From Balanoglossus misakiensis (lineage: Eukaryota; Animalia; Hemichordata): a stretch of DNA of 64,000 nt. Shown piece after piece: positions 25,051-39,300 of this stretch. Below the pieces are notes generated by a model. It searched no databases, was not told where the DNA came from, and saw only the letters and a list, made by a program, of their open reading frames with translations. The translations under genes were made by a program, and so were the position numbers. Where the stretch lies: the NCBI GenBank assembly GCA_040954595.2, contig CM082587.2, positions 5,941,705 through 6,005,704 of the forward strand. Direction: 5' to 3'. Position 1 is the stretch's first letter. Each line of letters opens with the position of its first letter.

Positions 25051-25849
25051 GAGGCAGATTTTATTCGTCATTCATCCGATATCCACGGATCGTATGCGCG
25101 CCGTCTTCACGCTTAAAAATCTCATAGCGCCTCTTTGATCACCGTTCGTGGAGCAGTGCGATTTTCGCAAACGGAAAGTTTCCAACGTTGAGTTCTAGGT
25201 CACATTTTCTTCCCCTTTACATTCTTATAATTCAATCAGTAGGGATAATGGAAAGCGAATTTAGAAACGGCCTGCCTGTGCCATCCGTGACTTGACCGGT
25301 CGTTCAACCTCGAACTTTGCTCCTGGGCCCGATTCATCTTCAATATACACGCACGGCGGTTGCCGACGAGATCTGATGGATGGGGCGCTCGACTTTCAAC
25401 TCGAAGAGCGACACTCCTGCATGCAGCTCACGTGACGTGATGGGGAGGGGGGGGGGGCGTTCAAGTGCAGGTGTGAACGCTCGCATTGGTCCGTAGCGCT
25501 GCATATCATTTATTTAAATTTAGATGTCCACACGATAATAATAATTAGCGCTGTTTTTTAAGGTGTGTGATGAGCCCAGATTGTCACAAAGCGCACGATC
25601 GAGAGTCTGGGTAAGCGACACGCGGGCATACAGTGATAGCGGCGCGTACGGGTCGCTGGTTAAACGCTATACGTGTTTTAATAGTCAACCGCGGCGTATT
25701 AATTTTCAACAGTTTATGACTCGCGGTCGTTGACACTTGACAAGCCGCACACGTGACTGCAGGGCAACGACCACACATTTGTGATTAAGAGTGCATCAAC
25801 ATTCGAGAAAACGTGAAAATTTTCGCGATTCGGGCAACACAGTGCCAAA

Positions 25850-26960
25850 TCGTGCAATTGCTTCCACGTGCAATGCAAACCTAACCCAAAAATGTTTATA
25901 TTGCAATAGTATCTGGATGGCGTTGAAAAAATGACAGCGCGTATTGAAAGTTGGTAGTAAATGGCACAGACTGATTTTGGACGTGCAGATCTGTCGAAAA
26001 TAGCACCACAATCGAACTTTGTGTCGTGTTCTGTGAGCAAGCTGTGGTGAATAATATTATTCAAATATAACATCAAGATACCAGCAAAATGTCGTCTATA
26101 AAACTGTTAGTAGCAACAAAAAGGCAAACCATATTGTCGCGCGCCATTCAATTGTTGCACTTAATTTGTGGTTGTCCAATTTTGCTCAAATTTTGTCGTC
26201 GGCTTCCCCTCAGTATGTGATATGTCGGGCAGATTATTCGCTTCGTCATGATTGGTCGGTCGGCATTCTCGCGCTGTCGTCCCGGCTGTCGTTGCAGAAA
26301 TTGTCGCCTGCGAAATATGCGTCCAAGTCAATTGAAAGCGGAAAGCTGTGGTAGAGCATACCAGCGTTTCCTTCCAGATGGTTTTGCTGTCTGGCCACTA
26401 CCGTTAGCGTGTTCTACTCGGGGATAGAACCCAAACTCCCGCGGAATCTCTTTTTGCTGTCAGTCAATTCTTTCGGCGCCTCGGCCGATTCCGAACGGCA
26501 CGCAAACATCAAGTACAAGAATAACTTTCGCGACGATTGCGTCAACGATTAAGCTCAGGCTGGCGATCGTGAGTGAAGGTAAACTTCATGGAATGTAGCT
26601 GAACACGTCCCGAAAGAAGTTGAAGCGTCGAACGTATATCGGCACTACCCGGCGAAAGTTCCGAAACATACCGTTCTAGTATGCGGAATACGTTCTGTGA
26701 GCAACGATCTTGGCTATAAATTATTCTGGCGAAATAAACCGTTTGTGTTGAACTTGCAGTCCCGCGCTCCCTTTCACTGATTCGTTTTATATTGCCCTTG
26801 GCAATTTGAGGAACGAATTCCGATTTCCCCGGCGGAACTATACTCAATGTGCATTTTCGAATTCCCTGATTTCACGCGTGCAATTTTCTTTCGCTTGACG
26901 CGGTAACATGAGAGTGTATCCCATTGGAATATATTCATTGCACGGCCCGTTATCATAAAT
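25850..26960 (-). pseudogene. Possible decayed Mutator (FLYWCH + MULE) transposase
   Basis: Collinear weak motifs in different frames: RKC...NCQG..KT (FLYWCH-like, about 26780-26860); SKTIWKETLVC...FQLTWTH (like W..DGTF..CP..F.QLYTIH, about 26320-26390); LPT...CHFFNAIQ...GL (like FP....GC.FH..Q...GL, about 25880-25960). Confidence 0.3.
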
Positions 26961-26989
26961 GCATTAAAACCACAGCTATTGAGTATAAC

Positions 26990-27500
26990 GGGTCATAAAA
27001 AAAGTCCGACATGAATTTAATATAAACTGTTAACACGCCTTTTCGTTTTGTATTGGTCTTGACAATTCACTTTTCACGGGGCAGTTTATATACGAGCTTG
27101 ATAATTTTTTTCCCTTTCGAGTTGACTGTTACTGTAGGCCTAACAATTACAGTTAACGTCATTTTATTCGAAGTGACAGACTTGAATGGCTGCATAACAA
27201 GGATAGCCGTTTGATATGGATCTGACCCCTCATTACCATCGAAAGCCACCGCAGTACCAGCAAGAGCGACAGCAGTATATCGGTTGGCCGTATGGCCTGC
27301 AATGCATTCGGGCGATACTGGAAGGATTCCAAGTAGGCCTACAGATTCATTGGGCCGCTGCTGTTCCCTGATATTGCCAGTGCGGCTAGATCATTGCCTT
27401 CGATGTATTTTCCACTTGCATCGGCGCCGTCTTGCACCAACCTGGACACAAAAAATGCCGAGGCGTGTACAGTTTTTATTATCATCACACTAAGCTGACT
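26990..27500 (-). pseudogene. Possible decayed Harbinger/HARBI1-type DDE nuclease fragment
   Basis: Collinear CDDN...FCVQVGA (like VDA...F..VDVGA), VAFDG...LVMQPF (like VGD.A....LM.PF) and YKLPREK*IV (like YRLSRARRIVE). Confidence 0.35.
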
Positions 27501-30500
27501 TCGCAGTCCGATGGCGCTTGCAGTGCCTTTAAATATGCATAAAACCCTTATTCCTAAATTTCTGCACCTCTAAATGGCAGTGCACCAACCAACCTAAGCA
27601 TAAACGCAAAATCGTCATGCGCAAGGACCAAAATCAGAAGTTTAATGATCAAGAATTTATCACACCACGCACAATACAGTTTCGTCACCTTATCCGCGTG
27701 GAAAGACGTACTTCTGTTGTATTCAAACGCCGAAGGATCGTTTAAAACTGTATAAAACTATATTATACCCAATGACGTAAAATGCATTTTAAAGGGTTGG
27801 ACGCGGCAACAGAATTGCGTTCTCTTATATAAACCCCGTTTTTATGAACTCGTAAAAACTCCTTGTTGCTCTTCGCCGAGTCGAAGGCAACCGCGCCAAT
27901 TTCACCCAGTTTTGTTTCGTTGGCATGCGGATACTGGCCAAAACGGCGGGTTTTTTTTACTTCGCCAGAAGAAAAAAAAACAGATGTGACGAATTCTACA
28001 TTTTTTGAACCCTTCAGATTGGTTGCGAAATGTCATCGTTTACGTATCCCAAATACACGGAGTAAATGCACGAGCGTCTGTGGCCGAAATTTCTCGAACG
28101 ATGACGTCACGTCTCTACTATCCCCCCGTCCCCTGAATGGGGCTATACACACGGCCGCAGAGAGTGACTGAGGTCTATGGCACAACCGTGCCTGGCAATG
28201 GTGACAGAGGCCTGTCGAATATATATATTTATTTACACATATATGTTTTTTATTTATTTATTTATCTACTAATTTATGTATTTATTATAATTGATGCAAG
28301 TAAGTTTACTCTATATGTAAATGAGACCCCCGTGATAAACGCGTTAATACGTAAACACCTGTCCAAAATACTATGCAAATAAGTACGGGCCTAAAAAAAG
28401 AGTTCTGACTGCGCAAACTCACTGACACACTCATGACACGTCCGTCAGACAGGCAGGCTTGCAATGGAGAATATATCGAGGAGAGGAGGGGGGGGGGCTC
28501 GTGGCTGTCTTTCTGTAAAATATACTGGAAATGGGGCAACAGCTACTTACTTTTCAAGGGGGAGAACTCAGACAAACATAAGACGGGCATGGGTTTTATT
28601 TACCAGAGTGCAACGACCTACATTTCTCGTTAGAAATCAAGAAGTCAACTGGAGTTCGAAGTTGTAAATTAGTGTGTTGCTCTGACGTCATTAAACTGGA
28701 GAATACGACCAATTTTTAACATATGGCGGGGGAAAACTGTGAGAAATATTGCTTGCCGGCAAGTGACTGAGGAATTTACGAGCGTACGCTCTCAGATCAA
28801 CGTTGAGTCGGCACACTTCAGTGGGGAGAAAAGACAAAAACTCGAATCGTAAACCGGGCAGTAAAATTTCATATGTTTGTGTTTTGTAAATGTACCGTGG
28901 TTTCTGCGTTGAAGACGTTAAAACCCATTCAATAAAAAAAGGGTACAGCATTCGTTCTTACACGGGAATTTTGCTTCAAAATTACAGTATTACATATATG
29001 GTTGAGTGACACCTCGCAGAAAAGTAACCGCGAAAATAGTACGAAACCGCCAGGGTTGCCAAATGGTCGACGGAAATAACTAATACATACTTTGACTAAA
29101 TATGCGCGCGGTTCGAATGTGATACCTTTGACAGAGAACGATACTTTTCTTTCAATTCCTGAGAAAGTAGATTTTTGTGGAGTCCAGGCAAACCAACATA
29201 AATTTAAACCCACGAAAACTTTCCCTTCCCCGTACGCGGCGCGATGGCCCGCTACGCGCGTTGCAATGTCGACTTACAACGTCCCTTGCCACACTCCACA
29301 AAGAGCTTACGGGAAGGTTTGGGACAAAAGTGATTATTTTTGTCAAAGTGTTCTCTTCACTATGATCGATTACGGGAAATTACGACCGACAAACGCTGAG
29401 GATTTGAGGCGTAACCTTGAAGGCATGCAATAGTCCTTGAAATCGCCCGTGTCGGAAAACTGACAAAGAGTGTGTTGGTAGCGACCGACTTTTACTTCGT
29501 CATGCCCCCTCCTCTCTTCAACACGCCGCTATCAATCTCGTTGGCTCGGTGTATAAGCTATAACTCGTTAACTCGATGACAGGTTGTCCAAATTTGGTCG
29601 CGGGGGTTTATACTGGGGGGGGGGGGGGGTATTCGACGCGGGGATAGTAAGGTGACGTCAGTTTGTCTGCGGTGTGCGGGCGTCGTTGATCGTTGCAGCC
29701 GCTGTCTGAAACGGCCTTCTCGGGCGCGACGTATGCCACATGAGATAAGCGGATGGGGGGTAACACGCCAGCCGGGGAGAGATAACGACGGGATGTGAAG
29801 GGGGCTGTAAATGATGACCCCCATCATCACAGGTGTTTCCACCAGTTAAAAGGGGTAATCGGACCTGTGACTCGAACGATAACAGGTAGCGCTCACGCTT
29901 CAACCGATCACGTTTTCGCTGCGATACACAGATATCAGACGCTCTCAGAGCGTGCGGCGTGTCGCTCGAATTACCGCGGCAATTAACACGTTGTCAAACG
30001 GGCAGTAAACTCCATCGAGCGCTATCAAATGCATTCATGACCGCGGAAAGTGTGCATTAAATGATACGAGTCGAATCGCATCTCGATTTGACGAAAAGAA
30101 AAACGGCCGTACCGCATGGAAAGATCGAATGGAAAGGATAGAATGCGAGAAGCAGGGAAAAAGAAGAATTTGTAAACCGCCCTTCTTTACGTAACCTGTC
30201 TCATTGTCGAGTGACGCGCCCGGCCCTATGCCCGCTGCTACTGAAATACGCCAACCCTGAACAAATGAACGCGCATTTTCATTATCACCTACGGAAGAAG
30301 TGTCATTTGGCTGCATGTGACATGTGCCGTCATTGTCAGCGACCAGACTACCCCAATGCCATATATCGATTTGAGCAGGAAAGAGCCTAGTTCGTTATTT
30401 TACGGACGAATGAAAGCGTTGACTGCAAAGCGGACAGGGCATAACCTTGGGCCCGCTTGGTTGTCTGAAAAATTGAAAAGCTTATCGCGATTTCCAACAT

Positions 30501-31559
30501 CTGCAGATATAAATATGGGGGAGAAAAAATGAAGATATACTTACGGTACTGAACGTCGTGATTTCCGTACTGCATCATGGTATTTTGCTTCTCCTCCGTA
30601 TAGCTCTCGTTCGCAAAAGAAGCGTATGGGGGAAAACCGTTCCCGCGAAACATAAGCGCTTATACAGTGGTGCTGCTGGGCAGGGCGGTTAATTAAGGTC
30701 TATATCTGCAGTCCAGACAGTTGATGGCCACAGCCGGGGTCTGTTCCGTCTGATAAACGACAACGTCACTACTGCGCCCGATTGGTCTGCGGGGGGAGTA
30801 TAGTAGTAAGTGTGAGGGGGCAGTCACGCGCCGCTTCTTCAATGTACGAGACTTTGACGCATGACCCCTGGCCGGATTGGAGAAAAGCTGGATGACGACG
30901 GCGGGCCGGCGCGACGCAAATGGATGGCGGAGAAAAGAACTGCAACTAACGGGCGACGCTGATAGGTTGGGGGAAAGAACTGAAATATGTGTACACGCAT
31001 ACTTTTATACGTATAGTTTCTACCGACCGCCTCTTTTAATGACGACACCGTGTAGGTGACCTCCGGAATTTTATTAATAGAAACTGCGCATCCACAAGGT
31101 GAAGTCTTGGCCTAAACGGAAGGCACCCCAAGGATCCTTATACACTCCAGGGTCATAGATCCCACGACATTATACCTAGCCGTCGGGTTTCACATGTGGG
31201 CGGGGTCCCCATCGAATAATTTTTTTAAAAAAACATGTTAAGTAAAGAAAGGATGCGATAATCTAAATTTGCAAAGGTGAACATTTGAATTTTCATCAAG
31301 TTCACGATCACAGTCTAGCGTTGCAGTTAACACCATTTTTAGGTAAAATGGTTTCTCTTTTTGACTTACGATCGCGAGTAGTAAACGACTGTGGAATCTG
31401 AGAAATGCGACAGAAAGTGTGTATGTGTTAAGGAGGAACAGTAGTCAGAGGTGTGTTTGAAACGTTCAATAAACTCTTTTGAATATCTTTGAAATGTTTA
31501 AATGGAGACCCCACTTAATATTGAAAAGCCGATTTTTGCAGAGATCCTTTACAGAGGCT

Positions 31560-32510
31560 GACTATATGCTTGTGCTTTCGCGTCTCGCAGTCTATGTGTA
31601 CCACTTTCCCCGTCAGATTGTTTCCAATGGCGACTACTATATACGTGACGTTATAGCGATTCGTCACCACGATGAGTTCGCGCGCTGCATCGTATCGATC
31701 GTCGTGACGTGTCGGCGTTTTACGAAACCACTCGAATACGGCACTCGCTTGTGCTGTTCACCATGAGTAGAAAAACGCAGACTTGTTTTCACAGGAATCA
31801 GAACCTCCTCTTCGAATGATAGCTGCCGGACACTTGCGCGCAAGCTCTTCAAACGAAAGCGTTTTTGAACTGTGTATTACCTATACACAGATCACAGTCA
31901 TAGGGCAAGGTCAAACTGCACGATCCGTAAAATTTGGAGTGCTGGAAGAAAACCGGATTGGAATATACCAGTCTGGGAAAGTTAAAAACGCACTAATATG
32001 GATACAAACTTAAACGCGCAAGGCAGCAGTACACCTCGTAGCTATTTTTCTTTCGTCTTGGAAACTTTCCCCGACGCGCTTGCGTCAATACGCTCGACTG
32101 TCGCCGCCGTTTCTATGATTGCGTTTGTCCTGTATAATAATGGTATAGCGGTTGAACGAAATAAACAAGTGACACGAGCAAATGTATGCGATATACGCAC
32201 AGATCATCAGCTCAGACAACTACCATAATTTGACAGTTGTGAGAAATAAGTAAAATTGCCGAGAATTGTGTTGTACACAGATTGCTATCGGTGACATGAT
32301 GACATTGATGCCGCAGAACGAACGTACATTGCGAAAATCGTCAACTTTTAGACCCACGACGGCGGCTTATTTTCACATAATTTCGATAATTTTAGTTTCC
32401 GAATTGAAGTTACGGCATATAAACGTTCTCAAGAGCGGCTTGGTCACTGCGTTTTTTACCAGAAACGTGCGGATAAATCAAGTTTTGAAGTACATGTAAT
32501 ATCTGTGGAG
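31560..32510 (+). pseudogene. Decayed THAP + helix-turn-helix transposase N-terminus (Harbinger/ISL2EU-like)
   Basis: VYHFPR...VIAIRHHDEF...VVTCRRFT then KRRL...LFE* resembles THAP FH.FP...WI.AIRRD...VCS.HF...RL...AVPS.F.W. Downstream ELKLRH...LVTAF resembles the HTH_Tnp_4 motif L.KLRL.....LA..F. Confidence 0.45.
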
Positions 32511-32910
32511 AGCACACTGTTCGTGTTTTCGATAGCCATAATGTAGTAAGGACAGGGTTTAAAACTCCGTTCCAAAAATTGCAGTTTAAATTTTGAAATT
32601 AAGGCACAAAAACCGCCAAAGTTTCATGAACTGGTGAATCAATGCACTGTATGGATGCCATGGCAACGCGCTGACGCATGCGGCTTACACAGCGCCCCAA
32701 AGGGCGTCACGAATTGAAGGGCCACGGGTATTTTTGTGTGCAAACAAAATTATGCTGCGGCTTTCGGGACTTTGTAAATGGAAAGTGAAATTCCTGGCTT
32801 GGGTGGAGAGTCGGGTGACAAGTTCAATTTTGCGCGTGTGACGAAGTTCCTGTTTATACGCCGGCGGATGGCGAGCGTGGCATTGTTGGTTTTACGCGAA
32901 ATAACTGAAG

Positions 32911-32955
32911 TAAGGGGAGAACCATTTGATTTCTGGGGGGGGGGGGGGAGGGGGT
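32911..32955 (+). mobile_element. Solo MITE terminus (Harbinger-like)
   Basis: TAA+GGGGAGAACCATTTGATTTCT followed by a long G run, the same architecture as the left end of the 18751 MITE. No partner end was found. Confidence 0.35.
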
Positions 32956-33319
32956 GGAGGATTAGGGTTTGTCAGGAAATTTGGTTTTCAGCCACTGTTT
33001 TTTGTTGACCAAAGAACATACAGGAATCATGGCCACACTCCATTCATTAAAGATCTTTTTATTGCATATGCGAGAAAGACCAGCCTCTTCCATAAAAAAT
33101 CAAAACGATCAATTCTAAGATCCAAGGGTAACTCATCGGTCGAGACCAATGAAGGCATTTTTTGACTTTAGAACTGCACCTCGGGGGAAATCTTCTTGGA
33201 ATACAGAAAGTCCACTACACAGTACCACCCTTTGCAAGATAAAGCAAGGGACAGTATGGAGTTGTTGTTTTTAAATAAAGAAACATGATCATCGCCGTGT
33301 TATTGTGACAACAATCAAC

Positions 33320-33366
33320 AATTCAAGATGGCCGCCAGATGCAAAGTCTGGCGGCCATCTTGAATT
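33320..33366. repeat. Perfect 20-bp inverted repeat with 7-nt loop
   Basis: AATTCAAGATGGCCGCCAGA-tgcaaag-TCTGGCGGCCATCTTGAATT. Confidence 0.95.
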
Positions 33367-36300
33367 TATATTACTGGCCTAATATAGAAGATAGTGTGGG
33401 TTTTTTACTCAAAACCATTTCACAATGACCTTGATTGAATGACTTTCACAGGACTCTAACCCCTGAGGTACATTTCACTAGAATTTCACAGAAACAAACC
33501 AGAAGCTACTCTGCATGGATCTTACAACTGATATGGGTATCACCATGTTTACAAGAACTAGGTTTTCTAGTAACCATGGTATCACATATATACTACATAT
33601 ACATCCACTGCCAGTTTCATCTTTTTTTGTGAAATATTTTCTTTTATTTCAGAAAGCAGAGATAGAATTCCAGAATGACATTGTTTAACACTCCAGGAGT
33701 AAAATTTGGCTAATTTGATTATTTCATTGATGCACCTGTTAAACAGGTGTTGTGTTTGCCAACCTTAACAAATGTTTAAATGCTACACATTATTACTAAG
33801 AGGACATAATTGTTTTGTACAGTGATTATAATGCGGTAAAAAGACCTCAGAGATGCAACTTGACTGGTATGTGATGAATGAATTTTGTGTTGCTGCTGCC
33901 GATTTCGGATTTCAGATGTCAGATTTTTTTTTCACATGCCTGATTTCATGTTTGACCAGTGCCTAGAGATTAAATTTCAAGCAGTCAAGATCGACATATA
34001 ACTGTGATAAAAAAACAAAGAGCGAAGGGATGCAAACTGGATTGATCACAAGATATTCGTGGTGCCAGAATTCAGTTAAGTGGGGGGAAAAACAACACGC
34101 TGATACTGTCACATGATGAGCTACGTTGGTCAGAGTTCTTCTCTCACAGGAATGGCGATTTCTGGTGAGATTTTTTTGGCTGCGGAGAGAAGTTTGCCGA
34201 GTTGTCATGGCCACCGACAGTACAGCAGGCACGTTCTGGTGTTTTTGTTCAGGGGGATGGGGAAAAAGTTTTAATTCCAAAAGAAAACTGGCAGTTGTAA
34301 GACTGTTGGAAATGTGAAAAGACCAGGTGGGCTCACGCTAATATGCAAATGTGAACGACCAGGTGGGCTCACGCTAAAATGCAAATGTGCAGGTTGCCTT
34401 GCAGTAGTGCATTTTCTGGTTCTGACCTACTCTCGGGTCGAAACACAGTGAACCCGTTTTGTCTGCATGTGATGAATTTCTTTTTTTATCCAAATCATCC
34501 CTGTGTTGAAAAAGTCAAGCAAAGGCCCATCTTAAAATCTTACCCAAAACAAACTATTCCACAGGCAACACTGCATATTTCCATGAAGGGAATTTGAGCC
34601 ACACCTATACATCTCTAAGTGCATCTTATGCAAAGCATTGTTATTTTCTCTCTTCAAAATCACAACATTGTTTAAACCCAGCTGCTATAGTATCTGTATT
34701 TCACTAGAAACCTGTTTTTTTGTGTACATCACTAGAGTTACAGCTGAAAATGAATCGAAAGATGTGACAAGAAAGTTGTATTCAATACAAGAAATTCAGC
34801 AAGCTTGCTCCTGGAAAAAAAACAACAACTGAAAAAACCAACAATGGCACAATCTATATCAGTCTTGATTTGTAGTGAAATGAAGCGAAATACAGGATTC
34901 TAATACAGAGAAGCGATTGGATCGCGACATGCATCAAAATGATATGTCTGACTCAACATCTTAGTAAAACCATTAGACCCATAAATATTGGATACATTTC
35001 ACCAACAAACAAATCACGACCCCTCTCTTCTCTCATACGTTTGTTTTATCTGAAAATTTTCTTTGAATCTGTGAAAATGCACTTCGAATATGCGTGTTTT
35101 TGTCTGAAAATGGTTGCAGCAGTCAAATACTGGTGATCTATTAACCCTTTTTGTCTTTTTTTCAACCGTTTCTGTTTCTGAAGCTAATTGAGACAATGGT
35201 TAAAGCCTATATATTGCTATGATTGTAGAGTGTAAACACAAGATATGGAAAAAAAAACCTGGACAGACGAACCCAACCACATTAAAAAATAACTCAAGTT
35301 CTTTTTGCACAAAAGTCCTAGTTTTGACTCCAGGCATGTGCGTGCTTGTTTTACAACCTGCAGTGGTTGATAATATCTTTTCTGTTAATCTAAAACTATT
35401 ATAGAAATGTTCCTAATCTACCGCACAATCACGTTACTAGCAGCGGGTATTTCATACCCAATTCTTGTAACAGACATCCACATTTTTTTGTGAAAACTCA
35501 TTTTTTTTTTAGTTTTTTCTCTCTCTCTCTCTCCTGAAGATACAATCACTATTATGAAATATATACACAGCAAAGTCAGTGTCATGTTTTTTGAGATCTG
35601 ACACACTAGCTCACGACCGCTTCAGAACATCCGTGGTTTTTCACGAAGGTACCCTCAAGCAGTTCAAAAAAGAAAAAAGAATTGACCATTTTTTTGAGTT
35701 TCCGGACGAAACATGCATTTGTAGATAGATGAGCCAGTGCTGGACAATGTACATAATGGTAGGAACTGGTAGTCATGGTAACCATGGAATATTGCTGACA
35801 TCAGGGTGTTTCTATACAAGTGTCTTTCCGGCCAAAGTAATTAAATTGTTTGTTTCACTCCCTCAAATTTGCGAAAATATGTCAGTAAGAGATTGAGGAC
35901 AAGACAGAAACTTTTAATACAAGTTTTTTTTACTTGTACAGGGGTAGCCTGTTTAGTAAGAATATGAACATCTTACTCAATACATTCAATGCTTGGATCA
36001 GCAAATGTATATCACCAAGGAAAAAACTTTTCACAGGAAAAAACAAACAAAAGTAGTCCCCATAAAACAAAAACCATGAAGTTGTGAAACATAGAATTTA
36101 ATTACTTTGGCCATATTCAAAATTTTCTTCTGGAACTCTGCCAAGATTTGGTCCCTCTCTTAGAACCTTCCCCCCTCGTGTGTGGCCTGCCAATCAAAGC
36201 GACCGAGGTTGCTGATTGGTCAGTTGCTGTGGAACAGCCAATACACAGAAACACACGCTCCAAAGAAGAAGAAAAACTTTCTTTACATGCCCCGTCAAGG

Positions 36301-39300
36301 CAAAACCCCATTGCTTGTCTTTCAAATGCAGCGATCTCCAAAAGCGATACAAAAAAGTTTTGGCACTCAACCATGATTCGGAGGTTGTTTTCTCGACAGT
36401 AGAAAATCTTGCTTTGTGGCGAGACATCACTCTTGTGCATTCCAGTTCACAAAAAAACCCTGTTAAGGGTCTAATTTGCCATGAACACGAAGCGCTAGTT
36501 TTTAACACCAACACATTGAAAATTACACATATTACAAATTGGTATCTGGAGTTGATCACGACCTGCCAATGATTTTTTTGTCTTCAAAATTGGACGCAAT
36601 GTTGTCAAATTTCCAGCGACTGGTTTTGATCTCCACATGTTGTTGTTTTGTTTAAACAATAAACTGACTCAGCGAATTAAGTCTCGTACAGGCAACCGCA
36701 AACTGAACAATGCAGGTTGAGCGGTAACACCCTACAAGTTCGACGACTATTATAAGGTATGTGTGTATGTAACATGGATTATTAGACAAAATGTCCCTGC
36801 TTGGCCCCAGGAAACAACTGGGTCATCTAAACTGACAGAGCCATGCTTCAGATTGTGCAACCGAAAAGTCAATTTTGGTGAAAAATCTACAAGACAAAAA
36901 AAATATTGAAATCCACAATAACGTCTAGAATCAGCTGCATTGTGTTTGTAGCAGAGAGGAAAAAAATCACTGACAAATATTACCTCACACGACAAGAAAT
37001 TTGGTTGTTAGTTCGACATGTGACTACATAATAACTGCAATGCCAAGTTGATAGATCTGTCAAAAAAAAGTCGAATGGAGCCAACAAAGTCTTGATTAAT
37101 GATTCTGTCAACTTGTTCAACTGACTGACTGAATCAAAATGCAACAGGTTGTTTTGGAGAGTTGTTATGGTTTTGCAGGTTATTATTTTGTTTTGCTCTG
37201 TTTTCCCCCACAACACTTTAATATTGCTGTAGGTATAAGTTTGAAAAGCATTTCTATGGAAACAGAATCACCTGCTGCTTTAAAGCGACCTCTGACCTCG
37301 TCCGACTGACACAAAATGGGAGAAACTGCCTCCATTGAGATGGAGAAATGCCATGAATCTGTTCACATATGCTATAATTTGTCCAGAAATCACACTTTTA
37401 TCACAAAAGAACAACAACCCTCAAAATGTGTTTTCTGTCCTCACGTCTGATTTGGCTGGGTCGGACAACATCGAAAATCAACCACTGATTGTGTCGGTGT
37501 GTTTTGCCTTGATAGAAATCAGTTGCCTAAAGATGATTTCCAAGCGATTGCTGCAAAAGCAAATACTAAGTGGAAATGTCGGCTCCATTTTTGGATTGTG
37601 CGTCTTCGAGTTGCATGAACCGTGGTACTTTTTGTTGTTGTCGAAACATTCCACACTGATTGGTGATAATAATAAACACTACCAAAATGATCTGATTGCC
37701 AACACACATGAATTGGACTTGCGGATGTTAAACAACGGTTTTGATGCACGACGACCAGGTGAGCCCCCAGCCGGACACCTTCCCCCCCTATTTCCAAGTG
37801 CGAAGGCCCGCGGTCTCACTGTTTGTAACAGTGCGATGTGACCACAGTGTGGCAGTGAAGGGGTTAAACCGATACAAAAAAAAACTAGCCCCTCGAATGC
37901 AATCACAAAAGATCAATTCCACTGTAGTGTGAACGAGAGAAATCAACGTTAATTAACGTTAACGACCGGAACAAAAATGGCATTCGGCAAGGAAATGGAG
38001 AATACATAAGAAGGTCTCGCTCTCTCATTAGAAATATTAGCATCTCAGTTACTTGTACACACAGCTGCTTTTTGGACTAACAAATTGAACCCTGGGCTCA
38101 AAAATAGCATCCCTGCACTGCCACGCTGCCCATCACCATGGCAACAGAGAATTCACGTGTAACTGGCGACTGTACTCAAAATATAACTCCCCCCACCCCT
38201 TCTCAAAAAAAAAAAAATACCAAAACAAAATCCAACCTGGCAGACACATACGATATTTTATCTGGGATTCTGTTCCCAGCCTCCTTTCAGGAGATGCGGG
38301 CATTCTAACAAACACGGTCACAGTGAAAGAACATGGCTCTCTCTCCTCAAATTCAATGTCACAATTTCTTCATGTTAGTACAATACATATATGGGCCACT
38401 GCAGTTTAGGTTAGGCACCTTCTATGTACACAGTGGCTTCCTATGATAAATCTTTACACACATTTTTTTTTGCATCTACCGAATTGAGAGAGTTAAAGAT
38501 GTATATGAATGTTTAACTACCTATGGTGTATATAGGCACTGATTCTGTTACACAGAAAAAGAGGGTAAGATCAGATTGTGAAAATTTGGCAACAGTTTTT
38601 TTTTTATGTATTCTGTTCTGTAATCAGTTGGATATAATGGTTGATACATACTGTTAATATTTTTTTTTCATCTGTTTCTAGATAAAAATATAAACAACCG
38701 ATGAACGCATATATAAACATTTCTTTTAAGAGCTATGCATATGCCGATTAAGCGAAAAATCCCCTTATTCATGTACTCTCAAGTTTTTTTCTTTAAAAAA
38801 AAAGAAAACCAAAATGGACATTCCAAAATGGCGTCCAAATATTTGCATATAAGATTCCACCACTTACTCTAAGGTTGCTATGACAACAGTAATAACAGTA
38901 AATTTTTATACTGTTTTTGCAGACTTTCTTTAAACTGCTACAGAAACCTAAACTAGTCTAATCGTCTCTGCTGAAAATTACCATTCAAATGTGCTCTTTG
39001 GTAAAGATTTCACAGAACTGATTGTATTGTTTTTTCATTCTGCTGGGAAAAAAACAACTGATTTTTAAACCTAAAAAAAGGAGTATATTTTTATGTTTTT
39101 TTTTTCTTGATATGCTTTTTTGAACTGTTATACCATGTTTGTAAAAGCAATGACATTGCAACCAGGATTAAATAAATAATGTTATTATGTACATCATAAG
39201 AGCAGCCCCCCTAAACATCAAGCACTACATTCACCGCAGCGAAATTTGCTGACCCCTCAGAAGATCTCAAATTATTCAGCTTTCAGAGGGCAAGCTCGAT

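Noticed and set aside
28800-29300. Possible DIRS-type tyrosine-recombinase relic (minus strand, YFRRPFGNPG)
   Set aside because: Catalytic R-H-R-Y motifs are not recognisable; too weak to call.
35670-35710. Similarity to the satellite monomer (TGACCATTTTTTTGAGTTTCCGGA)
   Set aside because: Short and mostly A/T runs; consistent with chance.
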